Source: Eledone cirrhosa (lineage: Eukaryota). From it: DNA of 64,000 bases. A program made the translations under genes and the position numbers. Within the stretch, counting starts at the first letter, position 1. Each line of letters starts with the position of its first letter. Below are positions 12,545 to 25,973 of the stretch, in pieces. The stretch is taken from NCBI GenBank assembly GCA_964016885.1, contig OZ024752.1, forward strand, positions 38,192,001 through 38,256,000, written 5' to 3'. The notes under the pieces are model-generated. The model ran no database searches. It was not told the DNA's origin and saw only the letters and a list, made by a program, of their open reading frames with translations.

Positions 12545-12978
12545 CTACAATATATGTATATAGATAGATAGATAGATTTCTTTATTTACCATAAAGGCAT
12601 AAAAAGAAGGGACAAATACAAAGGGGGAGTTTACATATAATCGAGTAAAAAGGGTGTAACATGAAAATAATCGAAAATAACCTCAAAAGGGAGGGGACGT
12701 GATGGGGGTTGCACACACCCTGTATATAGATAGATAGATAGATATATTGAGAGAGAGAATATTTATAAATAAAAGTAGAAATATTTGTAGACGTAAGTTT
12801 AAAATAATGTTAATATTCCATATTTTCCATGTTAGCATGTGTGTACATACATACATACATACGTATGTATGTATGTACATGTATAGTTCAAAGTTTATTC
12901 AATCCTTTGTTATTGGACGTGTGTCACCACAGGCACTAAAAAAAATATTCATGCTAGCAGGGAAACCAGATATTAAAT

Positions 12979-13372
12979 AATTGTTTCTACTTTTGGCACA
13001 AGGCCAGCAATAACCCAGTGTATTACTGGTACTTTATTTTATCAACCCCCGTAAGGATGAAAGGCAAAGTTAACCTAGGCGGGATTTGAACTCAGAATGG
13101 CAAGGGCCATAACTATGCGTCAAAGCATGGCGTCCGACCCTCTACCGATACTGCCAATCCACTGCCCTTTATTACCACCCACATATTAAATAATTGTTTC
13201 TACTTTAGGCACAAGGCCAGCAAGTACCCAGTGCGTTACTGGTACTTTATTTTATCGACCCCGTAAGGATGAAAGGCAAAGTCAACCTCGGCGGGATTTG
13301 AACTCAGATCGTAAAGGGACGTAACTATGCTGGAAAGCATGGCGTCCGACCCTCTACCAATACTGCCAATCC
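12979..13372 (-). mobile_element. Two tandem copies of a tRNA-derived SINE (family A)
   Basis: On minus strand: A box TGGCAGTATCGG, B box GAGTTCAAATCC, core GACTTTGCCTTTCATCCTTACGGGGTCGATAAAAT (Meta-domain-like), tail GTAGAAACAATT. Other copies at about 8113, 19477, 24522, 31186, 31790-32315, 33136, 35078, 41738-42580, 51411, 52022, 52520-52830, 55150. Confidence 0.88.
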
Positions 13373-13599
13373 ACAATGATATGTGGGTGTGTGTGTATGT
13401 ATATATATGTATTTACACCTCTCCAAGACAATGTCACTGGACCGAGACCTTTGGCGGTACTCAGTAACAGAGAAGACCCACCTTACCTAAATATATAGTA
13501 AAACCTACTTCAGCCAGTAGGCATCGCTAACAAAATACACCCCGTCCCACCACCACCACCCCCACCCCATCCACACCACCCCGTTCTATGTAAAGTTAT

Positions 13600-14296
13600 G
13601 TTGGTGCCGCGCCACCCAGGCCGAAACAAATGAGATCGTGTAGGTGTCACGACAAAAAAACACACAGTCCACGCTGTAATGTGGCCGTGTAGGCAACACG
13701 GTAAAAACCTCCCAGACCCACACTGTAAATGTGGTTGGTGTTAGGAAGGGCATCCAACTGTAGAAAACCTGCCAGACAGTCCTATGCGAGCAAGACAATC
13801 ACTCTTGCCTCAAGTGGGACTACCCCCGTCCAAACCCATGCAAGCGTGGAACACGGACGTTAAACGTTGATGATGATGATGATGATGATGATGCATATAT
13901 GGATGAATACACAGGCATGGGTATTAAGGAGTTGGTATGTCAGTTTGATAAAAGATTGGTAAAATATCTACATGTGTGCATATATGAGTATATCCATAGG
14001 TGTGTATGTGCATGCACATTTCTTTACATATAAATGTACACATGTATGTATATACATGTGTATAAAAAAAGCACTCAGCCCACACTGTAAAGTGGTTGTG
14101 TAGGCGCCATGGTAAAAAAACACCAAGTACTCACTGAATGAAGTTGGTGTTAGGAAGGGCATCCAGCATTAGAAATCAAGCCAAAATCAGTTCCCGTATG
14201 ACCAAGACAAGGTCACTAGACCTGGCACTGCCCACAACAGGACAACCTGTCTAACCCATGCTAGCGTGGAAGAATGGCAGTAAAATGGTGATGATA
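13600..14296 (+). mobile_element. Two further RTE 3'-end fragments
   Basis: GTTAGGAAGGGCATCCA..CCCATGC..(GAT)n similar to 10440-10620. Confidence 0.75.
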
Positions 14297-14533
14297 ATTT
14301 ATATATAATATATATATATAAATTATGTATGTATTTTTTCTCGCGAGTCAGTTCTTTTGTTGCTACGGACCCCGTGCCTGAATTACCGGTTGCTATCTTC
14401 AATTTGCAAAGCCCTTTAAACTGTATGTTATTACTCTGAGGTTTTATACCTTATCGAGTGCTTGGCTGCACTGCTGAAAGCATTCGTCGGCTTAGCTGCA
14501 GCTTGAGCTTCGAATATGCTGTACTTTCATATA

Positions 14534-14564
<31 letters not shown>

Positions 14565-14879
14565 GGTGGCTGCCAACTCGTTTTTGAGTATGGCCACTAC
14601 TTTATATCCATGTAGAAGAACCCCTACCGATGCACTGAACGAGTGTGACTTTTTAGTCCAGCCAGCGACTTGAAAACTCTGGTACAAACACTACACCTGT
14701 GACAATTATTGACACATAGTGCTAGGCCCACGGTACCATGTGACGACAAGCGCAGAGAGATCTCCAGATACGAAGCAATACCTGTGCCGTGAAGCTTTTA
14801 TAGTGAGTAAAGGCACTGCACAAAGCCAGTCCCACTCTCTTAACCAAGATGATATTTACCAAAAAGAAGAACAAGTCAA

Positions 14880-15172
14880 CATCATTGGATACCATCAGGG
14901 TTGCAGGTGTTATATCAGAGTTTTCCTTCTCCTAGAATTCTGCCTTGACAAAGGCTAAGGGGTCATCTCTCCCGGTGATTTTGGATGGCCATTGACTCTT
15001 AAGAGCTCCTTTGCCTTTTGACAGGTTTTGTTTTTAGTCCTGCAGGATGTGCAAAGTCACCCTCCTCACCAAGAAACCTTGGTGGGGTTGCCAGTTTAGT
15101 CGCCAACGACCCGACCATGAGACAGGTTGTACTGGGATACATGTTACCAGTAGCACCAACTGGTGACCTGAC
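14880..15172 (-). mobile_element. Dispersed repeat, probable LINE 5' region; second copy at 40871-41048 (+)
   Basis: GCTACTGG..CCCAGTACAACCTGTCTCATGGTCG..GGCGACT.AACTGGCAA is shared between the two loci. Confidence 0.55.
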
Positions 15173-15421
15173 ATACATACATACATACACACATACACTG
15201 TAGCATAAGTTTGGGAGAAATATTGAAGGGTAAGAGCACCCAGTCTATAGGACAAGTTAAATATAATTAGTTACAACATTGACCTATATAGGTACTTTAT
15301 ATAACAGGCTGAATGAGTCAGTGGTGTATAACCCAACTAAACTCCAGTACCTGTATAAGTCAATGTTACCAAGACAGAGAGGCAAAATATTAGAACTCTG
15401 CTAAATATGACTCAACATTAC

Positions 15422-15607
15422 CATTCGTGTGTCCTGGGGTACTACGGCATTCAATAGCATATTTTCCAAATTTTAAATAGTCGCCATGATCAAACATTTG
15501 GTCAGCTACAGCACCAGACTGAACAGATATATAGCTTTGACAGTTGGGTAAATTTTGTTTCAGAATACCTGAGCCAGTTACATGATCAGCGTGGACATGA
15601 GTATTCA
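15422..15607 (-). CDS. ETHE1: ETHE1 exon 3 (metallo-beta-lactamase HxHxDH motif)
   Basis: tttcag|(V)NTHVHADHVTGSG...STPGHTN|gtaatg. Confidence 0.97.
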
Positions 15608-17074
15608 CTGAAAAATATAATTTAATTTAACAAAACTAGATCTGGTTCTACAAAATAAAGTCACCCATTTTAAAGGGTGACTTTTTAAATTAAAATCTTT
15701 CAACATTATATTAGCATTTACATTACTCTATATATACTATTATATTTTCATGGTAATGGCTTTACCTCGCATAATTATCTCACATAATATCGAATCTGAG
15801 ATTTTGAAAGTATTTATTTCGAGAACAATACTTTAACATCAGTTTGAGTAACCAGTTACAGCCAGTTTCAACAGAAAGAGGTAGAGAATTCTGGCTGGTT
15901 TGAACATTAAAGTGTTAAGTTACTATCTTAGTAATGAAATAATTTTAGTAAATCCCTCTAAATTATTCATTAATTGAAAGTGTATTTCATTAGAAATACA
16001 TTCATGAAAGAGTTAAACTACAGTTCTTGCTATATTAGAACAATGAAGTGGCTATAAATGATTGCAGTAGCTTTTATTTACATACTAATAATAACTAAAG
16101 AGAAAAATATAAAAATACCCTCCTTTCTGAAACAGTACAGAGAAGTACGGAATACCTCTGCCTGGGGATGGTGTCTACATTTTGTGCTTATAAAAAAAAT
16201 GTCGTAGATTACCAGGGGTTTAAGTTAATTGGGTGCCTGAGAGTAAAATGTTCAACCCACTAAAGCCAAGACGATAGGGTTAAGTAAAAAGGCATTTGAC
16301 AAACCGAACATGTATTTGTTGTGCTATGGTACAATGAAAGTTACAGAGCAGTAAGCATGTGGTACTGCAGTGGTGGAGAGCATGAAGGAATTTAGTTGGA
16401 TACTTTTAAAGTTACAAAAATCTACCCAAATCTGATATAGACCGAACTGTTATATCGGATGTCGAACACTTCAGAGTTACTATTGGGGCCACCATCAACA
16501 ATTTCAAGCGATGTACGTTTAAGTAGGGATAATATAGTCTATAAAGAGTTGTCTCTCTTGAACATTGTAGACAAAATTGCCGAACTGACAAAAAGGGCTT
16601 AAAATTTTAGTGGAAAAAAAACGCCTTTAACAACAGAAAATTGAAAAATAAAAGTTGCAGTTAATATCTTTAGACTGCAAGGAATATATAAATGCAAGTT
16701 TGAAGTCAATCGAAGTAGAAATGTGGATTTGTATAGACTTTTCAAAATTAGGAGACACACACACACACACAGACAGTTTTATATAGACATATATATATGT
16801 ATAGATAACTGCAGAAAGGAAATAGAGCATAGTAAAAGGACTAGTAATGCATTTATAGACACATACACACAAGCATTAGGAGGATAATGAAATCAGCAAT
16901 GTGAAACTTTATACCTGTATAAGCATGTTAATAGTTAAATACTTGTCTAGACAAATAAGTGAAATATTATCCTGCTGTAAATTATAATTTAACATTTTCT
17001 TGAAACTAAGATTAATTCCCATACCTGTATCCACAACAAAGAACTAACCCTCCATCACGCACGCACGCACGCGC

Positions 17075-17114
<40 letters not shown>

Positions 17115-17125
17115 TAGTAACTTAC

Positions 17126-17270
17126 CAACAATTTTAAGATGAATTCCCAAGTCTTTTAGGATTTGAACGTCTCTGTTGACATTATCAATAACCGGATCAA
17201 TAAGAAGTCCTTCCTTGCTCTCAACATCAGCAAGGAGATAGGTGTATGTATAAGAACGGTAGTCAAGAAA
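17126..17270 (-). CDS. ETHE1: ETHE1 exon 2
   Basis: ttccag|FLDYRSYTYTYLLADVESKEGLLIDPVIDNVNRDVQILKDLGIHLKIV|gtaagt. Confidence 0.95.
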
Positions 17271-17702
17271 CTGGAAGACAAGAAGATAAAAAGACATGAT
17301 ACTAATTGTTAAACCATCTGAAAAGAAATTCTTAGAAATACATTTTTGGTAAAAGGATTACTGGAAGAAAAATACATCAAGCTCAATCCTTGCCAACAGG
17401 AGGAGCCACTAAATGGTCAAACAACTTGCTAGAAATAGCAGCCAAATCTCCCTAAAATCAAACCACAACCATCTTAAATAGGGCAAGAATACATTTAGTA
17501 ATGTAATCCTACATATTCAAAGATGGAATTTTCACATCACAGTTTGAATGGCCTTTAATCAGACCTTAACATTGTTGATACCAACCTACCAAATCTAACT
17601 TAGAATCACAGCTTGCTACTGTTAAAGGAAGGACATCAGATAATGTAGCCCAGAAGACCTGCTGTTCAGCTTTCCCGAGAGTTTCTTAAAAAAAAAAAAA
17701 TA

Positions 17703-19266
17703 ATGAAATTATTGTGTACAGTGCTCAGGTGCACTACAACTCATCAAAGGTACATGTATAGTACAAAGAATAATGTACAAATGTCAGAAAAGTGAACAGT
17801 GTAAGAGTCGTGATATACATGTGTGCATGTGTAATGGAGGGGGATTTCAGGTATAGTGTTAGCGAATTTCAGGAAGCATGGAGGTTTTAAAGGATGCAGT
17901 GCATCGACAGCTAACAACTGATGCAGGTAGTTTGTTCTATGCTTCAGCAACTGAGCATGAAAAAATGTTTCCGAAAGTCATGGGAGCTGTGCTGTTTTCT
18001 GACTTTGTAGGCATGCCCATGTGTGTTAGACACATGGAATTCAAAAAGGTGCTCAGGGTTGTTGTTGGTAAGATGGTTAATAATTTTGTGGGTGTTTACC
18101 AAGTCAGTTGCCAGACATAGGAACTTCAATGTATCCATACCCAGGGAAGCAAGGCGTTCAGAGTATGGTAGTTGCCTGATGGAGGGTATTCGCTTGGTTG
18201 CACGTCTCTGAACAGTTTCCAGGCGGTCAATGTTCTGAGCAAGATAGGGGTACCAGACTGGTGATCTTACCACTATGGTTGAGAAAAATATAGGATGTTC
18301 AAGGTTGGAACATCCTTGAATATAAATCTGCTCAGTTTTGATCGATTTGGAGCTAAACAGTGACAACTATCAACGAGATAAAAAGGACAGATCTTGAACA
18401 CAATGCAACAATGCATCACAGACTGGCAACTCAAGTTGGCTGTGGACAAGTGTACCACCATGCATTTTGGGAGCAAAAACCCAGCGTCAACATACTCCCT
18501 CCACAACACTAATATCAAGAAGTCTTCTTGTGAACATGACCTAGAGTCAGCAGCAATTTGCGTTGGATGAAGCACGTCTCTAAAATTGTCAAGAAGGTCG
18601 AGGGTGTCTTAGCATCACTCAGCGAGACTTTTGTCAGCCGCTCTCCAGCTATCTATTTAAAGCTGTATATAGCTACGGTGCAGCTACACTTAGAATTTGC
18701 ATCACCAGTCTGGAACCCCTATCTTGCTCAGAACATTGACCGCCTGGAAACTGTTCAGAGACGTGCAACCAAGCGAATACCCTCCATCAGGCATCTACCA
18801 TACTCTGAACGCCTTGCTTCCCTGGGCATGGATACATTGAAGCTCCGACGTCTGGCAACTGACTTGGTAAACACCCACAAAATTATTAACCATCTTGCCA
18901 ACAACAACCCTGAGTACCTTTTTGATTTCCATGTGTCTAATACACGTGGGCATGCCAACAAAGTCAGAAAACAGCACAGCTCCCATGACTTTCGGAAACA
19001 TTTTTTCACGCTCAGAGTTGCTGAAGCATGGAACAAACTACCTGCATCAGTTATTAGCTGCCGAGACACTGCATCCTTTAAAACCTCCATGTTTCCTGAG
19101 ATTCACCAACACTATACCTGATGTCCCCCCCTCCATACACACGCACACATGTATTTCATGACTCGTACACTGTTCATTTTTCTGACATTTGTACATTATT
19201 CTATGTACTATACATGCACCTTTGATGAGTTGTAGTGCACCTGAGCACTGTACACAATAATTTCAC
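17703..19266. mobile_element. Inverted pair of CR1/L2-like LINE 3' fragments (17703-18265 minus, about 18365-19266 plus)
   Basis: LEFASPVWNPYLAQNIDRLETVQRRATK..FFTLRVAEAWNKLP; the 3' about 560 bp is present in both orientations. Confidence 0.88.
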
Positions 19267-19476
19267 TATTATTTTTATATACATTAAGCAATCATCATAA
19301 TTGATCAGGGGCTAAACAGTCACACCCATCAACATCAGAAGTCTGATTAATGACGAATGATCTGGAGCTAAAACAATGACAACTATCAGCATAAGTGATC
19401 AATTATGATTGGTTTGGGACTAAACAGTTACACCTAGCAATACCATTTCAAAAGATCCACCTCTTCAATATATATT

Positions 19477-19664
19477 AATTGTTTCTACTTTAGGCACAAG
19501 GCCAGCAATTACCCAGTGCATTACTGGTACTTTATTTTATCGACCCCGTAAGGATGAAAGGCAAAGTCAACCTCGGCGGGATTTGAACTCGGATCGTAAA
19601 GGGACGTAACTGTGCTGGAAAGCATGGCGTCCGACCCTCTACCGATAGTGCCAATCCACCGCCC
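19477..19664 (-). mobile_element. Full-length family A SINE with 15-bp TSD
   Basis: TCAATATATATTAAT at 19465-19479 and 19683-19697. Confidence 0.88.
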
Positions 19665-20149
19665 CTAAATATTAGCCATTCATCAATATATATTAATGAA
19701 TGGCTAATATTTAGCTGCTGCAGTTAAGGTTGAATCAACCATTAACTTTTCATGGCAACCATTATCAAACAAGCTACAATCAATTATTACTAAGATATAC
19801 TGGTTATATCTATTCATTTGTAAGAGGGTATGTTTGCAGTGTAAGCAAATATGATTACTGGGTTGAGTGATGTAAACAACATTAGCCTTGTAAGTTAATA
19901 ATTAGTGTTTACATAGTGCAGTGCTTTGAAATATGTCTCACACACATGGGTTAAATTATTCAGCAGTGCAAAATAAGTTGTATAGTAAATGTTTGCTTAG
20001 TGCAGCACTGTAAAATGATACATACTCCCAAGCTTATTAGCAGTGTAAAATAAGGCACATGCTTGCATAAAGAGCAGGCTTTAAAATCTGACACACACAC
20101 TTGAATTTTTCACAAGCTTAGTCGTGTAAAATAAGTTACATAAGGCTTG

Positions 20150-20415
20150 CATAGTGCAGGCTTTCAAATCTTTCTCTTTCACACCACCATCACCAAAGTG
20201 TAATATAAGTTCCATAGTGCAGGCTTTCAAATCTTTCTCTTTTACACCACCATCACCACAGTGTAATATAAGTTCCATAGTGCAGGCTTTCAAATCTTTC
20301 TCTTTCACATCACCATCACCACAGTGTAATATAAGTTCCATAGTGCAGGCTTTCAAATCTTTCTCTTTCACACCACCATCACCACAGTATAATATAAGTT
20401 CCATAGTGCAGGCTT
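20150..20415. repeat. 63-bp minisatellite, about 4 copies
   Basis: Unit CATAGTGCAGGCTTTCAAATCTTTCTCTTTCACACCACCATCACCACAGTGTAATATAAGTTC. Confidence 0.92.
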
Positions 20416-20790
20416 TAAAAATCACGATTTCTATTATCCACCTTCTTTAACACTTTTGTTACCACATTTCTAATTAAAGACACTGAAACCAGCAAAAGAA
20501 TATGTCAAATTTCCATAACTGGTGCAGCTTGTCATTTCTCTACTTGTCCCACACAACAATCAAATTAGGACCCACCCCTGAAGAGATAGCATTTGGAAAT
20601 AGCTGAAAATGAACAAATAATTTGGTTATCCACTCACCATTGAATTTGCATCAGCTCAGCCATTGGGCACTATCTATTTACAATATAAGGGAATAAGAGG
20701 ATTAATGATCCCATGTTGAAATTGTGATAAGTCTACCTCAGCACAGCTTCACTTATAACCCTTCAGAGTTAGATGACATACACAAGACTT

Positions 20791-23700
20791 CATCATCATC
20801 ATCATCATCATCATTGTTTAATGTCCATTTTTTCATGCCAGCATGGGTTAGATGAGTTGTCCTATTTGAGATGAGTCAGATCAGATGTCCATGTCTTGCT
20901 CATACAGAACCGTTTCTGACTTGGTTTCTATGGCTGGATGTCCTTCCGAACTCCAACCACATTTACAGTGTGGACACTTTTTGTTGTGTCACCCACATGA
21001 CCACTTTACAGAGAGAACTGAGCATTTTTTGCCATGTCACCTACATGACCATTTTACAGAGTGGATTCGGTGCTTTTTGTTGCAACACCCACATGACCAC
21101 TTTACAGCGTGGACTGGGTGCTTTTCGTTGCAACACCCACATGACCACTTTACAGAGTGGACTGGGTGCTTTTTGTTGCAACACCCACATGACCACTTTA
21201 CAGAGTGGACTGGGTGCTTTTTGTTGCAACACCCACATGACCACTTTACAGAGTGGACTGGGTGCTTTTCGTTGCAACACCCACATGACCACTTTACAGA
21301 GTGGACTAGGTGCTTTTTGTTGCAACACCCACATGACCACTTTACAGAGTGGACTGGGTGCTTTTTGTTGCAACACCCACATGACCACTTTACAGAATGG
21401 ACTAGGTGCCTTTTGTTGCAACACCCACATGACCACTTTACAGAATGGACTAGGTGCCTTTTGTTGCAACACCCACATGACCACTTTACAGAATGGACTA
21501 GGTGTTTTTTGTTGCAACACCCACATGACCACTTTACAGAATGGACTAGGTGCCTTTTGTTGCAACACCCACATGACCACTTTACAGAGTGGACTGGGTG
21601 CTTTTTGTTGCAACACCCACATGACCACTTTACAGAGTGGACTGGGTGCTTTTTGTTGCAACACCCACATGACCACTTTACAGAATGGACTAGGTGCCTT
21701 TTGTTGCAACACCAACATGACCACTTTACAGAATGGACTAGGTGCTTTTTGTTGCAACACCCACATGACCACTTTACAGAATGGACTAGGTGCCTTTTGT
21801 TGCAACACCCACATGACCACTTTACAGAGTGGACTGGGTGCTTTTTGTTGCAACACCCACATGACCACTTTACAGAATGGACTAGGTGCCTTTTGTTGCA
21901 ACACCCACATGACCACTTTACAGAATGGACTAGGTGCCTTTTGTTGCAACACCCACATGACCACTTTACAGAATGGACTAGGTGCCTTTTGTTGCAACAC
22001 CCACATGACCACTTTACAGAATGAACTAGGTGCCTTTCGTTGCAACACCCACATGACCACTTTACAGAATGCACTAGGTGCCTTTCGTTGCAACACCCAC
22101 ATGACCACTTTACAGAATGGACTAGGTGCCTTTCGTTGCAACACCCACATGACCACTTTACAGAATGGACTAGGTGCCTTTTGTTGCAACACCCACATGA
22201 CCACTTTACAGAATGGACTAGGTGCCTTTTGTTGCAACACCCACATGACCACTTTACAGAATGGACTAGGTGCCTTTTGTTGCAACACCCACATGACCCC
22301 TTTACAGAATGGACTAGGTGCTTTTTGTTGCAACACCCACATGACCCCTTTACAGAATGGACTAGGTGCTTTTTGTTGCAACACCCACATGACCCCTTTA
22401 CAGAATGGACTAGGTGCTTTTTGTTGCAACACCCACATGACCCCTTTACAGAATGGACTAGGTGCTTTTTGTTGCAACACCTACATGACCACTTTACAGA
22501 ATGGACTAGGTGCCTTTTGTTGCAACACCCACATGACCACTTTACAGAGTGGACTGGGTGCTTTTTGTTGCAACACCTACATGACCACTTTACAGAATGG
22601 ACTAGGTGCTTTTTGTTGCAACACCTACATGACCACTTTACAGAATGGACTAGGTGCTTTTTGTTGCAACACCTACATGACCACTTTACAGAGTGGACTG
22701 GGTGCTTTTTGTTGCAACACCTACATGACCACTTTACAGAATGGACTAGGTGCCTTTTGTTGCAACACCCACATGACCACTTTACAGAATGGACCAGGTG
22801 CTTTTTGTTGCAACACCTACATGACCACTTTACAGAATGGACTAGGTGCTTTTTGTTGCAACACCTACATGACCACTTTACAGAGTGGACTGGGTGCTTT
22901 TTGTTGCAACACCTACATGACCACTTTACAGAATGGACTAGGTGCTTTTTGTTGCAACACCTACATGACCACTTTACAGAATGGACTAGGTGCCTTTTGT
23001 TGCAACACCCACATGACCACTTTACAGAATGGACTAGGTGCTTTTTGTTGCAACACCCACATGACCACTTTACAGAATGGACTAGGTGCTTTTTGTTGCA
23101 ACACCTACATGACCACTTTACAGAATGGACTAGGTGTTTTTTGTTGCAACACCCACATGACCACTTTACAGAATGGACTAGGTGCTTTTTGTTGCAACAC
23201 CTACATGACCACTTTACAGAATGGACTAGGTGCCTTTTGTTGCAACACCCACATGACCACTTTACAGAGTGGACTGGGTGCTTTTTGTTGCAACACCCAC
23301 ATGACCACTTTACAGAGTGGACTGGGTGCTTTTTGTTGCAACACCTACATGACCACTTTACAGAATGGACTAGGTGCCTTTTGTTGCAACACCCACATGA
23401 CCACTTTACAGAGTGGACTGGGTGCTTTTTGTTGCAACACCCACATGACCACTTTACAGAGTGGACTCGGTGCTTTTTGTTGCAACACCTACATGACCAC
23501 TTTACAGAGTGGACTCGGTGCTTTTTGTTGCAACACCTACATGACCACTTTACAGAGTGGACTCGGTGCTTTTTGTTGCAACACCTACATGACCACTTTA
23601 CAGAATGGACTAGGTGCCTTTTGTTGCAACACCCACATGACCACTTTACAGAATGGACTAGGTGCTTTTTGTTGCAACACCCACATGACCCCTTTACAGA

Positions 23701-24197
23701 ATGGACTAGGTGCTTTTTGTTGCAACACCCACATGACCATTTTACAGAGTGGACTCGGTGCCTTTCGTTGCAACACCCACATGACCACTTTACAGAGTGG
23801 ACTCGGTGCTTTTTGTTGCAACACCTACATGACCACTTTACAGAGTGGACTCGGTGCTTTTTGTTGCAACACCTACATGACCACTTTACAGAATGGACTA
23901 GGTGCTTTTCGTTGCAACACCCACATGACCCCTTTACAGAATGGACTAGGTGCCTTTTGTTGCAACACCCACATGACCACTTTACAGAATGGACTAGGTG
24001 CTTTTTGTTGCAACACCCACATGACCCCTTTACAGAATGGACTAGGTGCTTTTTGTTGCAACACCTACATGACCACTTTACAGAGTGGACTGGGTGCTTT
24101 TCGTTGCAACACCCACATGACCACTTTACAGAGTGGACTAGGTGCTTTTTGTTGCAACACCCACATGACCACTTTACAGAGTGGACTGGGTGCTTTT
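20791..24197 (-). repeat. RTE 3' end (20791-20990) continuing into a 48-bp minisatellite of about 67 copies
   Basis: (CAT)n tail plus RTE 3' UTR, then unit ACACCCACATGACCACTTTACAGARTGGACTRGGTGCYTTTTGTTGCA. Confidence 0.95.
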
Positions 24198-24521
24198 TAA
24201 AAGATAATGGATTAAAATGTAAAATTGTTGAAATTAAGTTTGTTCAATAACAATTATTAACAGCCAGAATCCTTCTAAGTTGTTTATATTTCAGATATTC
24301 TCATTCTAGTTCTACATTGATTAAACACAGATATTCCCCTCATACATTGAATAAACTAACCTATGTGGTAAATGCTTTAATGTTGTTTACTTATGAGTAG
24401 ACACTAGAATGATAGAGATAAGGCAAGTAATGAGGACAAATAAATAAAATTAAATGGACCTTAAAATGGAATTTAAACCATGTCAAAACTTTAATAAATA
24501 TTATCTAGTATAGCCCTTAAA

Positions 24522-24706
24522 GGGCGGTGGATTGGCAGTATCGGCAGAGGGTTGGACGCCATGCTTTCCAGCATAGTTACGTCCCTTTACGATCTGAGTT
24601 CAAATCTCGCCGAGGTTGACTTTGCCCTTCATCCTTACGGGGTCGATAAAATAAAGTACCAGTAATGCACTGGGTAATTGCTGGCCTTGTGCCTAAAGTA
24701 GAAACA
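24522..24706 (+). mobile_element. Full-length family A SINE with 22-bp flanking duplication, inside a degenerate ~60-bp tandem repeat (24459-24897)
   Basis: ATTATCTAGTATAGCCCTTAAA at 24500-24521 and 24707-24728. Confidence 0.85.
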
Positions 24707-25973
24707 ATTATCTAGTATAGCCCTTAAAATTGGAAATTAAACTATGTCGAATAAAACTTCAATAGATATTATCTAGTATAGCCCTTAAAATGGAACTTAA
24801 ACCCTCTCAAATTAAACTTTAATAGGTATTATCTAGTATAACCCTTAAAATTGGAAATTAAACTATGTCAATTAAAACTAATAAGTATTGACTAGTATAT
24901 GTGATCACATACACTAAAATCTGTAATATGCTTAAAGTATTTACCACCATGTGTGCTTTTTATAGATTTAAAAAAAAATTCCTCTCAACCAAGGGCTGGG
25001 AGGACTCCGCAGTTGTGTCAAGGACATAATGGCCACCCCCAACTACTAGTGTTGGTGATCAACATAAATGCATCCAGTACTGTAAAATGAAAAGGAAGGG
25101 CATCCAGCCATAGAAAGCTTCCCAAACAAGAGGTTGAGAGGACCCTTTAGTTTGTGTCAAAAGACACGACAACTGTGTACTAGGTAAAACACAAGACCAT
25201 ACATAAGCGAGATTCAGATCCCTGGTCTGTCTGGGAGGTCAGTAGCCCCACTTCAGTACTGACAGTCTACGTAGGCCCATCTAACCCTTTGCTAGCAGAG
25301 AAAGAGGATGTTAAAATGACAATGATCATAACATCCCAAATTATTTCCCATACTTGCCCGGAAAAATATAATTACTTATTGACTAATGTATTTCTCTCAC
25401 AGATTGATGCTACCTTAAGTTTTAATAGCCTAATAACTAAATATAGTTAACCACTACTTAACAGCTTGTCATAGCTTTGACAGTTGATTTATACATGTCA
25501 GTCGAGCTTCTAGAATCTAAGATAATTAGCATTTATATTGTTTCTGTGTATCTGCAGACGATTTTTAAAATTATTTTTATTTAATTCAATCTTAGTTTAC
25601 CATTAAATAGAAAAAATTGTAAATTTAATTACTGAAACCATAAGAAAAATACATGCTAAAAAAAAAAAGAAATGAACAGCATAAACTTCATAGTGCTGGT
25701 GCCATGATAGAATGCACCCAGTACACCCGGTAAAGTGTGGAACTGTACGTAAGCAAGATTCAGCCCACAGCCCAGCTGAGAGGTCAGTTACACTGAAGAT
25801 TTAAGATACGTTTTTTTTTTTTTTTTTTTTTTTTAATTAGCAATCTCGCTGTGGAAAGAATCATGTAAACACTTACTATTAACTGTACATATGAGATTTA
25901 TTCCATCACTCGAAGATAACTACAGATGGGTCTTTATAGCTGTTGCACTTTATGTCAATCAGGATGGAGAACA

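Noticed and set aside
20871-24250. 1109-aa and other long Cys/His-rich ORFs as a metal-binding protein gene
   Set aside because: They arise from a stop-free 48-bp unit open in several frames on both strands, derived from a LINE 3' UTR inside an ETHE1 intron
24522-24612. tRNA genes
   Set aside because: The A and B boxes belong to SINE heads; there is no cloverleaf and the sequence continues into SINE core and tail
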